This document shows, one piece after another, positions 16,268 through 26,105 of a DNA stretch of 37,732 nt. Origin of the DNA: a virus (taxonomy: Duplodnaviria > Caudoviricetes). How positions within the stretch are numbered: position 1 is the first letter of the stretch; each line of letters opens with the position of its first letter. The notes under the pieces are model-generated. The model did not search any database, was not told where the DNA came from, and saw only the letters and a program-made list of their open reading frames with translations. The stretch is from positions 1 through 37,732 of the IMG/VR virus record IMGVR_UViG_3300012347_000032; one strand, given 5' to 3'. The position numbers were made by a program, and so were the translations under genes.

Positions 16268-16480
16268 ATGGCTGTCATTTACCTCACACACCCTCTGCAC
16301 GGCGCAAAAGTTGCCACAATGGAACTTGAGGCCGTAGCTGATGAAGAAAACGGCTGGTCACGGTACAATCCAGAAACGCCTTCGGACTCCGAAGAAGCGG
16401 CTCCCGTGAACGCACTCGGGACAAAGCGCAAATACACTCGCAAGGTCGTAGAGACTGAGGCAGCACCCGAAGGAGTTTAA
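16268..16480 (+). CDS. Hypothetical protein
   Basis: 70 aa, YLTHPLHGAKVA..E..AD..NGW. Confidence 0.75.
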   Translation: MAVIYLTHPLHGAKVATMELEAVADEENGWSRYNPETPSDSEEAAPVNALGTKRKYTRKVVETEAAPEGV

Positions 16481-16482
16481 GC

Positions 16483-17196
16483 ATGGCAACGTACACCGCT
16501 GGCGATCAAATCAACCGAGCATTTCGACTGCTTGGCATTCTTGCCGAAGGTGAAACGCCATCTGCGGCCATGTCTCAAGACGCCTTAATGGCGATGAACC
16601 AGATGATTGAAAGCTGGAACATCGAGCGTCTGTCTGTCTTCTGCACCCAAGACCAAGTGTTCACTTGGCCCTCCGGCCTGTTGAGTCGCACACTCGGCCC
16701 ATCTGGTGATTTTGTGGGCAACCGGCCCGTTTTGTTCGATGACGCCACGTATTTCAAAGCGCCCAACGGCGTGTCATACGGCATCAAGTTCATCAACCAG
16801 CAGCAGTACGACGGCATCGCGGTCAAAACCGTGACCTCTACATTCCCGCAGGTGATCTTCGTCAACATGACGTATCCCAACGCTGAAATGTTCATTTACC
16901 CCCGTCCCACACAGGACTTGGAATGGCATTTTGTGTCGGTTCAGGAATTGGATCAGCCTGCTGAGTTGGTCACCCAACTGCACTTCCCCCCAGGTTACCT
17001 ACGTGCTTTCACGTACAACTTGGCAATGGAGATCGCCCCTGAGTTTGGCGTGGAGCCAAGCCCACAGGTGCAGCGCATCGCCATGACCAGCAAGCGCAAC
17101 TTGAAGCGCATCAACAACCCCGACGACATCATGAGCCTGCCTTACGCCATTGTGGCGAATCGTCAGCGGTTCAACATCTACGCCGGTAACTACTGA
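16483..17196 (+). CDS. Head-to-tail adaptor (P22 gp4-like)
   Basis: TAGDQINRAFRLLG...ALMAMNQMIESW...YNLAMEIAPEFG; synteny. Confidence 0.75.
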   Translation: MATYTAGDQINRAFRLLGILAEGETPSAAMSQDALMAMNQMIESWNIERLSVFCTQDQVFTWPSGLLSRTLGPSGDFVGNRPVLFDDATYFKAPNGVSYGIKFINQQQYDGIAVKTVTSTFPQVIFVNMTYPNAEMFIYPRPTQDLEWHFVSVQELDQPAELVTQLHFPPGYLRAFTYNLAMEIAPEFGVEPSPQVQRIAMTSKRNLKRINNPDDIMSLPYAIVANRQRFNIYAGNY

Positions 17197-18641
17197 TGGA
17201 CTCCCCAATCCTCGGCTCCAGTTATGTGGCCCGTAGCGTCAACGCTGCGGACAACCGCATGGTCAATTTGTACCCCGAGATTGTTCCCGAGGGTGGCAAA
17301 ACCGCAGCATTCTTGTCGCGCTGCCCCGGCTTGCGCCGATTGGTTGAAGTTGGCGCTGGTCCAATCCGTGGACTGTGGCCGCTGAAGGACTATCTGTACG
17401 TGGTGTCTGGTGACACGTTTTACCGTCTAAACCTGTACCAGAACACCACCCGTTGGAAAATCATCTCAAAGGGCACCGTGACCGGCACAGGTCCGGTGTC
17501 GATTGCCGACAACGGCACCCAGATTTTCATTGCCTGCAACCCGGACAGCTTCATTTACAACAGCACCACTGAGGTGTTTGCCCAGATCACAGACCCCGAC
17601 TTCCCTGGCGCTGTCAAGGTCGGCTATCTGGACGGCTACTTTGTGTTCAACGAACCCAACAGCTCCCGTGTGTGGGTGACATCCCTGTTCGACGGTTTGT
17701 CTGTCGATCCATTGGACTTTGCCAGCGCCGAGGGTGATCCTGACGGCCTGGTGTCCCTGATCGTCGATCACCGCGAAGCGTGGCTGTTTGGTACCAACTC
17801 GATTGAGGTCTGGTATGACGCAGGTCTGCCCGACTTCCCGTTGCAGCGCATCCAAGGCGCGTTTAACGAGATCGGCTGCGCTGCTGCCTACTCTGTTGCC
17901 AAACTTGACAACGGCCTGTTTTGGTTGGGTTCTGACGCCCGTGGCCGGGGGATTGTCTACCGCGCCAACGGGTACACCGGCCAGCGCATCTCGACTCATG
18001 CCATTGAGTGGCAAATTCAGCAATACGGCGACATCTCGGATGCCATCGGGTACACCTATCAGCAAGACGGCCACGCCTTCTATGTGCTGATTTTCCCAAA
18101 TGCTCAGACCACTTGGGTCTACGATGTGGCAACGCAGGCTTGGCATGAACGAGCTGGCTGGCGCAACGGCAACTTTGTGCGTCATCGCTCCAACTGCCAA
18201 GTCGTTTACGACAACCAGGTCATTGTGGGCGATTTTGAAAATGGCAACATTTACGCCTTTGACTTGGAAGAATACGCCGACAACGGTGACATTCAGAAAT
18301 GGCTGCGCTCATGGAGAGCACTGCCCACCGGCACCAACGACTTGAAGCGCACATCGCAGCACAGCCTCCAGATTGACTGTGAAACCGGTGTGGGCACCAA
18401 TACGGGTCAGGGCAGTGACCCCAAACTGATGCTGCGTTGGTCCGACGATGGTGGGCACACATGGTCCAACGAAAACTGGATGTCAATGGGCAAAGTGGGT
18501 GAGTATTACCGCAGGGCCATCTATCGTCGCCTCGGGATGACGCTGAAGTTGCGTGACCGGGTGTATGAGGTTTCAGGCACTGACCCTGTGAAGATCGCTA
18601 TCATGGGTGCTCAACTCAACGTGACCCCGACCAATGCCTGA
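17196..18641 (+). CDS. Packaged-DNA stabilisation / tail hub protein (P22 gp10-like)
   Basis: 481 aa beta-propeller-like; LDGYFVF, FASAEGDPD and LRWSDDGGHTW. Confidence 0.85.
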   Translation: MDSPILGSSYVARSVNAADNRMVNLYPEIVPEGGKTAAFLSRCPGLRRLVEVGAGPIRGLWPLKDYLYVVSGDTFYRLNLYQNTTRWKIISKGTVTGTGPVSIADNGTQIFIACNPDSFIYNSTTEVFAQITDPDFPGAVKVGYLDGYFVFNEPNSSRVWVTSLFDGLSVDPLDFASAEGDPDGLVSLIVDHREAWLFGTNSIEVWYDAGLPDFPLQRIQGAFNEIGCAAAYSVAKLDNGLFWLGSDARGRGIVYRANGYTGQRISTHAIEWQIQQYGDISDAIGYTYQQDGHAFYVLIFPNAQTTWVYDVATQAWHERAGWRNGNFVRHRSNCQVVYDNQVIVGDFENGNIYAFDLEEYADNGDIQKWLRSWRALPTGTNDLKRTSQHSLQIDCETGVGTNTGQGSDPKLMLRWSDDGGHTWSNENWMSMGKVGEYYRRAIYRRLGMTLKLRDRVYEVSGTDPVKIAIMGAQLNVTPTNA

Positions 18642-20217
18642 ACAAAACATCACGAACATACCCTCGAACCGGGTCGATTTCATCGATCCGCGCACGGGGT
18701 TGGTTTCGCGTGAGTGGTACAGGTTCTTTTTGAACCTGTTCAACCTGGCCGGTGGCGGCGGCAACCAGACCTCGTTGGACGATTTGCAGCTTGGCCCACC
18801 GCCCCAGCCCGACTCTGGTGATGGCGGTGGTGGTGGCGGCACAGGCACTGTGACCTCCGTGGACATGAGTGTTCCCACTGGACTGTCAGTTTCCGGTAAC
18901 CCCATCACCACCGCAGGCACCCTTGCTGTCACCTACACGGCAGGCTACGCCATTCCCACGACCACCAAGCAGGGTCAATGGGACACCGCATACGCTGACC
19001 GACTCAAGTGGGACGGCGGGGCAACTGATCTGGTGGCGGCTACTGGCCGCACATCGCTTGGGGCCACAACTGTCGGCGGCAACTTCTTCACGCTGACCAA
19101 CCCCAGCGCAATCACATTTGTCCAGATCAATGCTGACAACAGCATCACGACGATGGACGCGCCCACGTTCCGCACTGCCATCGGCGCAGGCACTGGCGGC
19201 GGCTCGGTTACATCGGTGTCGGGCACTGGCACGGTTAGCGGGTTAACCCTAACAGGCACAGTGACCACTTCGGGCAGTCTGACACTGGGTGGCACTTTGG
19301 CCGTCACCCCCTCGAACTTTGCATCCCAGACTGCCAACACATTCTTGGCTGCACCCAACGGATCGGCAGGCGTTCCAACATTCCGTGGGATCGTGGCGGC
19401 AGATGTGCCAGCCCTGAGCTACGTCAGTTCAGTTGGCGTCACCGCACCCCTTGCCACCACGGGAGGGTTAACCCCTACACTCAGCATGCCGGTTGCCACA
19501 TCGAGTGCCAACGGCTACCTGTCAAGCACCGACTGGTCCACGTTCAACGCAAAGCAGCCTCCCGGGTCATATTTGACCTCTGTGGCCGTGACATCGGCCA
19601 ACGGGTTTGCTGGCACCTCCAGCGGGGGCACAACGCCTTCCCTGACCCTTACAACCAGCATCACCGGGCTGCTCAAGGGCAACGGTACGGCCATGTCGGC
19701 AGCCACAGCAGGCACCGACTATTCGGCTGGCACCAGCGCTTTGGCAACCGGAATTCTGAAGTCAACCACGACCACGGGTGCGTTGACGATCGCGGTTGCG
19801 GCCGACTTCCCCACCCTGAACCAGAACACCACGGGTACTGCCGCCAACGTCACAGGCACCGTGGCGATTGCCAACGGCGGCACTGGGCAAACCACTCAGA
19901 CCGCAGCGTTTGACGCGCTGGCCCCCACCACGACCAAGGGCGACCTGATCGTCGACAACGGCACCAACAACATCCGGTTGGCCGTGGGCACAAACACCCA
20001 GGTTCTGACGGCTGACTCGACTGTGGCTGCCGGGGTCAAATGGGCGGCTCCGGTCAGCAGCAACATCACACCGCAGGGGTTGTGGGAAAATAACGCAACC
20101 ATCTCGGCCAACTACACGATCACAACTGGGAACAACGCACTGTCGGCTGGTCCAGTATCAATTGCGTCAGGTGTCACCGTTACGGTGCCCTCTGGCTCGT
20201 CGTGGGTTGTTGTTTAA
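18634..20217 (+). CDS. Tail needle/fibre-like virion protein
   Basis: Gly/Thr-rich with GTVTSV repeats, VAIANGGTG, TTKGDLIV and a C-terminal ENNATISANYTI...WVVV module. Confidence 0.75.
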   Translation: MPEQNITNIPSNRVDFIDPRTGLVSREWYRFFLNLFNLAGGGGNQTSLDDLQLGPPPQPDSGDGGGGGGTGTVTSVDMSVPTGLSVSGNPITTAGTLAVTYTAGYAIPTTTKQGQWDTAYADRLKWDGGATDLVAATGRTSLGATTVGGNFFTLTNPSAITFVQINADNSITTMDAPTFRTAIGAGTGGGSVTSVSGTGTVSGLTLTGTVTTSGSLTLGGTLAVTPSNFASQTANTFLAAPNGSAGVPTFRGIVAADVPALSYVSSVGVTAPLATTGGLTPTLSMPVATSSANGYLSSTDWSTFNAKQPPGSYLTSVAVTSANGFAGTSSGGTTPSLTLTTSITGLLKGNGTAMSAATAGTDYSAGTSALATGILKSTTTTGALTIAVAADFPTLNQNTTGTAANVTGTVAIANGGTGQTTQTAAFDALAPTTTKGDLIVDNGTNNIRLAVGTNTQVLTADSTVAAGVKWAAPVSSNITPQGLWENNATISANYTITTGNNALSAGPVSIASGVTVTVPSGSSWVVV

Positions 20218-20225
20218 GGAATCAC

Positions 20226-20567
20226 ATGACTGTCACAGCACGAAACCTTGTGCCAGCAAAGCTGGTAGAAGACACCCAGACCACCCAATACATTGTGCCC
20301 AGCAACGCCTCGGCCACAATTATCGACAAGTTCACTGCGACAAACGTCAGTGGTAGCACAGCCACAATCAGTGTAAACTTGGTCACAGGCTCAGACACCC
20401 CAGGCAATCAAAACTTGATCACCAAGACCAAGTCACTGGCGGCATCCGAGGTGTACACTTTCCCCGAGTTGGTGGGTCAGATCATGCCAAGCACATCGTT
20501 CATCTCGACCATTGCCAGCGCGGCAAGCGCGATCAACATGCGTGTTTCTGGGCGCGAGGTGACATGA
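20226..20567 (+). CDS. Hypothetical virion protein
   Basis: 113 aa beta-rich; AAGGA RBS. Confidence 0.7.
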   Translation: MTVTARNLVPAKLVEDTQTTQYIVPSNASATIIDKFTATNVSGSTATISVNLVTGSDTPGNQNLITKTKSLAASEVYTFPELVGQIMPSTSFISTIASAASAINMRVSGREVT

Positions 20568-21031
20568 TGCGTGTGGCCTACGGTAAAGGGTTTGATGTTG
20601 CACCACCTAAGGATCTTCGGGTCAATGTGGAAGCGCTTCAAGCAGAGATGTCAAAGCATGTGCAGTACGAGCCACCAACCGAGCATGTGTTTCACGGCGG
20701 CATGTATTGCCGTCAAGTGTGGCGACCACAGGGCTGTTTGATTGTGGGCAAGGTCCACAAGAAAGAACATTTCTACATGATTGTGTCCGGCACTGTTCGA
20801 GTGACCACCGACAACGGGGTGCAGGTCATCACAGGTCCAATGCTGCTGTGCAGCAAACCTGGCACAAAACGGGCGGTGTACGCTGAGACAGACGCGCTGT
20901 GCATGACATTTCACAGGGTTGATTCATCAACCGTGGAAGAAGTAGAATCAGAATTAGTTGAAGATGACCCGACCTCGATGTTTAGTGTCGGCAACAAAGT
21001 CAAAACACCAGAAATCGAGGTGAAATCATGA
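20564..21031 (+). CDS. Cupin-fold protein
   Basis: HVFHGGMYCR..IVGKVHKKEHF..VSG and PGTKRAVYA cupin-like motifs. Confidence 0.7.
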   Translation: MMRVAYGKGFDVAPPKDLRVNVEALQAEMSKHVQYEPPTEHVFHGGMYCRQVWRPQGCLIVGKVHKKEHFYMIVSGTVRVTTDNGVQVITGPMLLCSKPGTKRAVYAETDALCMTFHRVDSSTVEEVESELVEDDPTSMFSVGNKVKTPEIEVKS

Positions 21032-21972
21032 GTTTTATTGCAGCAGCACTTATTGGCGGCGGGGTTGCACTTGTTGGCGGCATGATGGCATCCGATGCGG
21101 CAGGTGATGCTGCGGGTGTGCAGGCAGGGGCTGCGCGTGATTCTTCCGCTGTTCAGAAACAAATTTCCGATCAACAGATCGCTCTTCAGCGAGAGCAGTT
21201 CAACGCTCAAAAAGCGCTTGAGCGTGAGCAGTTTGAGTATCAAAAATCTCTACAGGCACCGTTTCAGCAAGCTGGTGTCAATGCGTTGAATCGAATGCAG
21301 GGTGGGGCGTTTGCTCAGCCCGGTCCTTTTACATTCCAGTCAACTGATTACCGGGACATGGATTACCAGACTGACCCTGGCTATGCTTTCCGACTGGCAG
21401 AAGGTCAAAAAGCGCTGGATCGCCAAGCAGCCGCCCGTGGCGGTTTGATCTCCGGTGGCGCTCTTAAAGCCGCCACTCGATACGGTCAAGAGATGGGTTC
21501 GCAAGAATTCCAAAACGCATATCAACGCGCTATGGCCCAAGAGACAACTAACTACAACCGAGCATTGACAGGGTACAACACTGAAGTTGCCCGTTCTGAC
21601 ACGGGGTACAACCGATTGGCGTCTTTGGCTGGCGTGGGCCAAACTTCGACCGATAAGATTGGTGCTGCGGGTCAGGCAATGACCTCTGGTATTGGTGCCG
21701 CTGGTCAAAACATGACTTCTGGAATTTCTGGATCACTGGGTAATTATGGCAACGCTGCAAGTGAGGCAATTGGTGCAGCGGGTCAAGCCCGTGCATCAGG
21801 GTATGTGGGCCAGGCCAATGCGCTCACTAATGCCTTATCGACTGGTACAAATCTGTATATGCAAAGCCAAATGATGAACAGGATGTTCCCAAGCGGTGGC
21901 GTAGGGTATGGAATGCCAAGATACGGCGCTTTTGGCGGCGGCAGCGGCACATTTGGTGAAGGGCAATACTGA
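21028..21972 (+). CDS. DNA ejection/pilot protein (gp7-like)
   Basis: Hydrophobic Gly/Ala N-terminus, DPGYAFR..EG and RGGLISG; position. Confidence 0.7.
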   Translation: MSFIAAALIGGGVALVGGMMASDAAGDAAGVQAGAARDSSAVQKQISDQQIALQREQFNAQKALEREQFEYQKSLQAPFQQAGVNALNRMQGGAFAQPGPFTFQSTDYRDMDYQTDPGYAFRLAEGQKALDRQAAARGGLISGGALKAATRYGQEMGSQEFQNAYQRAMAQETTNYNRALTGYNTEVARSDTGYNRLASLAGVGQTSTDKIGAAGQAMTSGIGAAGQNMTSGISGSLGNYGNAASEAIGAAGQARASGYVGQANALTNALSTGTNLYMQSQMMNRMFPSGGVGYGMPRYGAFGGGSGTFGEGQY

Positions 21973-21974
21973 TC

Positions 21975-23285
21975 ATGGCACTCGTAAATCCAAACATCGC
22001 CCTTGGCGTTAAGTCTGTTGAACTTCAAGACCCAATGGCGCAATACGCCAAGATTGCGGCAATTCAGGGTGCTCAACAACAAAACCAACTTGCTCGAATG
22101 CAGATGGCCGAGTATGAGCGCACCCGTGGTGAAGAAGATCAATTGCGCAATTATTTGGCGCAGTCTGATTTCAGCAAACCGGAAGCCCGTGCAGGTTTGA
22201 CAAAATTTGGCAAAACTGGTTTAGCTTACAGTAAGGCGTTGACCGAACAGGACACCGCCAAGTTAGCGCAGCAGAAAGCCAACGTCGAGTTGCTGGACGC
22301 CAAGCTCAAACAATCGCGTGGCTTTCTGGACACACTTGATCCTGCTGACCCAACCGCACCCGCTAGGTATTTGGCTTGGCACGAAGCGAACCACAAAGAC
22401 CCAATTATTGGTGCTGCTTTGAATGCCCGTGGTGTGTCGGCAGAGCAGGCTCGTCAGAGCATTGAGGCAGCAATTGCCAAGGGTCCGGAAGCATTTGCTC
22501 AAATGCTGAATCAGTCAAAGCTGGGCACCGAGAAGTTCATGGAAATGAACAAGCCGACATTAACGCCCCAAAATCTTGGCGGCACTGTCCAAATTCTTCA
22601 GACTCCGGGCTTGGGCGGTCAAGCGACTGTGGTGCCGGGCAGCACAGGTGCAGTCACGCAGACACCGGCTCAAATTGAGCAAGCTAAACGTGATCAGCAG
22701 CGCCTTGGTCTTGAGGCTCAACGTGTGGGTCTTGAGGGTCAACGTGTTGAACTCGCACGTCAAGACTCCGAGCGTAAAACTCAAGGCTTGGACGTGTTGC
22801 CACCCAAAGAAGTCCAGAAGCGCGAAGCTGCATTCCCGCAGGCTACATCCGTCATCAAGGGGTTTGAGACAAAGTCTGACTCATTTGTCAAAGACCTTCA
22901 GAAGCTGCGCGATCACCCAGGCCTGTCTCAGATCACAGGTTTGATTGCTGGGCGGGTTCCCGCGCTCACGGCCGATGGTCGTGCGGCACAGGCGCTGTAC
23001 GACAAAGTGGTTGCCAAAGGCGGTTTCCAAGCCTTGCAAGACTTGCGCGATGCTTCCAAAACTGGCGGTGCGCTGGGCAACGTGTCGAACCAAGAAGGCA
23101 AGCAGCTTACCGCTTCGTTTGCCGCAATCGACCGCCGTCAAGACGCCAAAGATGTTCAGGCGGCAATTGATGACGCTATTGGAAGCGTACAGGGTGCCAA
23201 GACTCGTATGCGTGAGGCGTATGATTCGACTTACTCATACAAAGCTGGCAGCACACCTGCGGCCGATCCTTTGGGGATTCGATAA
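21975..23285 (+). CDS. DNA ejection (internal virion) protein
   Basis: 436 aa Ala/Gln-rich helical protein; synteny. Confidence 0.6.
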   Translation: MALVNPNIALGVKSVELQDPMAQYAKIAAIQGAQQQNQLARMQMAEYERTRGEEDQLRNYLAQSDFSKPEARAGLTKFGKTGLAYSKALTEQDTAKLAQQKANVELLDAKLKQSRGFLDTLDPADPTAPARYLAWHEANHKDPIIGAALNARGVSAEQARQSIEAAIAKGPEAFAQMLNQSKLGTEKFMEMNKPTLTPQNLGGTVQILQTPGLGGQATVVPGSTGAVTQTPAQIEQAKRDQQRLGLEAQRVGLEGQRVELARQDSERKTQGLDVLPPKEVQKREAAFPQATSVIKGFETKSDSFVKDLQKLRDHPGLSQITGLIAGRVPALTADGRAAQALYDKVVAKGGFQALQDLRDASKTGGALGNVSNQEGKQLTASFAAIDRRQDAKDVQAAIDDAIGSVQGAKTRMREAYDSTYSYKAGSTPAADPLGIR

Positions 23286-25381
23286 TGGCAACAATCGCTG
23301 AAGTCCGCGCCAAGTACCCACAATACGCCGACATGCCTGATGCGGCGCTGGCAGATGCGTTGCACAAAAAATTCTACGCTGACATTCCCCGCGCAGACTT
23401 TGACGCAAAGATTGGCCTGACCCCTGCTGCGCCAGTCGCTGCCGCACCCGCCCCTGTTGCACAACCTTCGATGGTTGAAAAAGCATACAAGGCGGTTCGC
23501 CCATACGCCGCACCACTTGTGGAAGCCGCTGGTGCAATTGGTGGTGGTCTTCTGGGCACACCATTCGGACCAATGGGCACCGTGGGTGGTGCAGGTCTAG
23601 GTTACGGCATTGCCAAAGAAGCGCTGGAACTTGGCGATGTGTATCTGGGCGGCAAAGCCCCCCGACAAGGTGCGGCCCAAGTTGTCGAGCCTGTGCGTAA
23701 CATTGTCGAAGGTTCCACAATGGAGATGGGTGGGCAGGCTTTGGCTAAAGGCGTGGGGTACGTGGGTGGCAAGATCGCCGACCTGCGTCAAATGCCAACG
23801 CAAAAAGCAGCAGCACTCGCCCAAAAAGCATTGGGTGATGATCTGCCAACTGTGTTGAACGCGCTGCGAAACGCACCATCGAACGCCAGTGTTGCCGAGT
23901 TGACGGCCAAAATCGAAAACCCGACATGGCAGGCGCTGATTAAAAACGCGCTGGAAAAAGACCCTCAGTTTGTTCGCAAGGCACAATTGCTGGGTGAGCG
24001 CGAGTCGCGCAATGCACTGGCTCAATTGGCCGGTGGCACCACTGCCGCAGATGTTCGTGCGGCAGGTGAGGCCGGTAAAGAAACATTGAATGCACTGACC
24101 GGACCAATGCGGGACAGCGCACTTAACCGGGCCAACTTGGGCAAAGCTGTTGCCGAGTACGAGTCGCAAGCCGGTAAGTTGAGCGCAGAAGCTGCGGCCA
24201 AGGTACAAGAGGTGCGCCGGTTGATCGAGTTGGGCGATGTGGCTGCGGCCTCTGCACGACTGCAATCGATCAAAGCAGGCGTTCCCGCAAGTTCCAAATT
24301 GGCTCCCGCCAAGTCCCAACCCGGTTTCTCAGACGCATGGGTTGCGACCTACACTTATCCCGGCAAGCTGGCCCAGATGTCCGACGACTGGGCAAACCAA
24401 GCTGCCAACGCATCTCTCGATCTGGGTCAAGGCGCACAGTTTGCACAGAGCGCCGCAAACTCACTTCGGTCTGTTGGCATCAAGCCACTTGAGGGCGATC
24501 AACTTGTCCAGTCCATCTCGACGCTGGCGAACAAGCCTGAGTTTGCAGGCAACGATGTGTTGGCTGGCGCGGTCAAAAACGTGGCAGACGACATTGCCAA
24601 GTGGACCGGCAATGGTGGTGTGATTGACGCAAAGGCGCTTGAAGCCATTCGCAAGAACTCCGTCAACGCCGCGATTGCACAGTTGCGACCAGGCTCAGAC
24701 GCCACAGCCCAGCGCAACCTTGCGGCCGGTGTCATGTCCAAAATCAAGCCATTGATTGATGACGCCATCGAAAATGCCGGTGGCACTGGCTGGCGCGATT
24801 ACTTGGCGACCCACACCAAAGGGATGCAGCGTCTAAGTGAGAAAAAGCTGACCGGCGAAGCCCTGCGTCTGTGGAAAACAGACAAGGATGCTTTTGTGCG
24901 TCTGGTGCAGAACGAATCGCCCGAGGTGGTTGAAAAGTTTCTTGGTCCCGGCAATTACAACATTGCCACCGAACTGGCCGACAGCACCATGTCAGTTTTG
25001 CAAAAGCAAGCCGAGAAACGGCTGACCGAGTTGTCGGTCAAGGAGCAGGTCAGCGAGGGTGGTGCGGCATTGTCGCAACTGCTCAAGCAGGAAACTGCGC
25101 GTTTCCGTTTCCCATCGTTCCTGAATTTCTGGGCGTCTGCGGGTAACAAGACCCTGAGCGAACTTGAACAGCGCCTTGGCACCAAGACAATGGAGCAGTT
25201 GACAAAGGCAATGAAATCACCACAAGGTGCTTCCAATTTGCTGGAGACACTGCCTGCGAGTGAGCGCAATCGTGTTCTGAATTTGCTGTCCAACCCACAA
25301 CAATTGAAACCCGGTGTGTCTGCGGCTACGGTAAACATGCTGAGTCCCTCCAGCGAAAATCAAAACGCACTCGCCAAGTAA
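23285..25381 (+). CDS. DNA ejection (internal virion) protein, large
   Basis: 698 aa helical; N-terminal RAKYPQYADMPD..LAD..H.KFY motif and glycine-zipper segment. Confidence 0.65.
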   Translation: MATIAEVRAKYPQYADMPDAALADALHKKFYADIPRADFDAKIGLTPAAPVAAAPAPVAQPSMVEKAYKAVRPYAAPLVEAAGAIGGGLLGTPFGPMGTVGGAGLGYGIAKEALELGDVYLGGKAPRQGAAQVVEPVRNIVEGSTMEMGGQALAKGVGYVGGKIADLRQMPTQKAAALAQKALGDDLPTVLNALRNAPSNASVAELTAKIENPTWQALIKNALEKDPQFVRKAQLLGERESRNALAQLAGGTTAADVRAAGEAGKETLNALTGPMRDSALNRANLGKAVAEYESQAGKLSAEAAAKVQEVRRLIELGDVAAASARLQSIKAGVPASSKLAPAKSQPGFSDAWVATYTYPGKLAQMSDDWANQAANASLDLGQGAQFAQSAANSLRSVGIKPLEGDQLVQSISTLANKPEFAGNDVLAGAVKNVADDIAKWTGNGGVIDAKALEAIRKNSVNAAIAQLRPGSDATAQRNLAAGVMSKIKPLIDDAIENAGGTGWRDYLATHTKGMQRLSEKKLTGEALRLWKTDKDAFVRLVQNESPEVVEKFLGPGNYNIATELADSTMSVLQKQAEKRLTELSVKEQVSEGGAALSQLLKQETARFRFPSFLNFWASAGNKTLSELEQRLGTKTMEQLTKAMKSPQGASNLLETLPASERNRVLNLLSNPQQLKPGVSAATVNMLSPSSENQNALAK

Positions 25382-25417
25382 GATTGGCAACGGTTAGAAT
25401 CCACCAAGGACCAAGAC

Positions 25418-26095
25418 ATGGCTTCACTATCCCCAACCCCCAAACTTCAGTTCTTCGGGACTGACGGCCTCCCATTGGTCGGTGGCAAGCTGTACACCTA
25501 CGCTGCGGGGACCACAACCCCCATCGCCACGTACACCGACAACACCGGCAACACTTCGAACACCAACCCGGTGATCTTGGACTCGGCGGGGCAGGCTAAC
25601 GTGTGGCTCACGGACACCATCACGTACAAATACACCCTGACAGACGCCGACGATGTGCCCCTGTTCACGGTGGACTATGTGTCTGTTCCCGTGACCACCA
25701 ACTCGTTTGCGTCCCCTCCAGCCATCGGCACTGACAACCCCAACGCTGGCACGTTTACCAACTTAAACGTGGTGAACCTGTTGACTCTGGAGTCCACGGG
25801 TGCTGCGATCTTGAACGTGGGCACCACGGGTGAGCGTCCAGCATCGCCCGAGGTGGGTATGGTCCGGTTCAACACAAGCCTTGAAAAGTTCGAGGGGTAC
25901 AACGGTGAGTGGGGTGCCCTGGGTGGCGGTGCCACAGGTGGTGGCTCGGACTCGGTGTTCTTTGAGAACAGTCAGATTGTCACCGTGGACTACACCGTTC
26001 CAGTGGACAAGAACGCTGGCTCATTTGGTCCCATCACCATCAATGACGGCATCACGGTTACTATTCCAACCGGCGCTGTCTGGTCAATCGTTTAA
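25418..26095 (+). CDS. Tail fibre / head-binding adaptor protein
   Basis: N-terminal QFF..G.PLVGGKLYTYAAGT..NTNPVILD resembles tailspike head-binding domains; C-terminal FFEN...WSIV module. Confidence 0.75.
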   Translation: MASLSPTPKLQFFGTDGLPLVGGKLYTYAAGTTTPIATYTDNTGNTSNTNPVILDSAGQANVWLTDTITYKYTLTDADDVPLFTVDYVSVPVTTNSFASPPAIGTDNPNAGTFTNLNVVNLLTLESTGAAILNVGTTGERPASPEVGMVRFNTSLEKFEGYNGEWGALGGGATGGGSDSVFFENSQIVTVDYTVPVDKNAGSFGPITINDGITVTIPTGAVWSIV

Positions 26096-26105
26096 GGGGT
26101 AAGGC

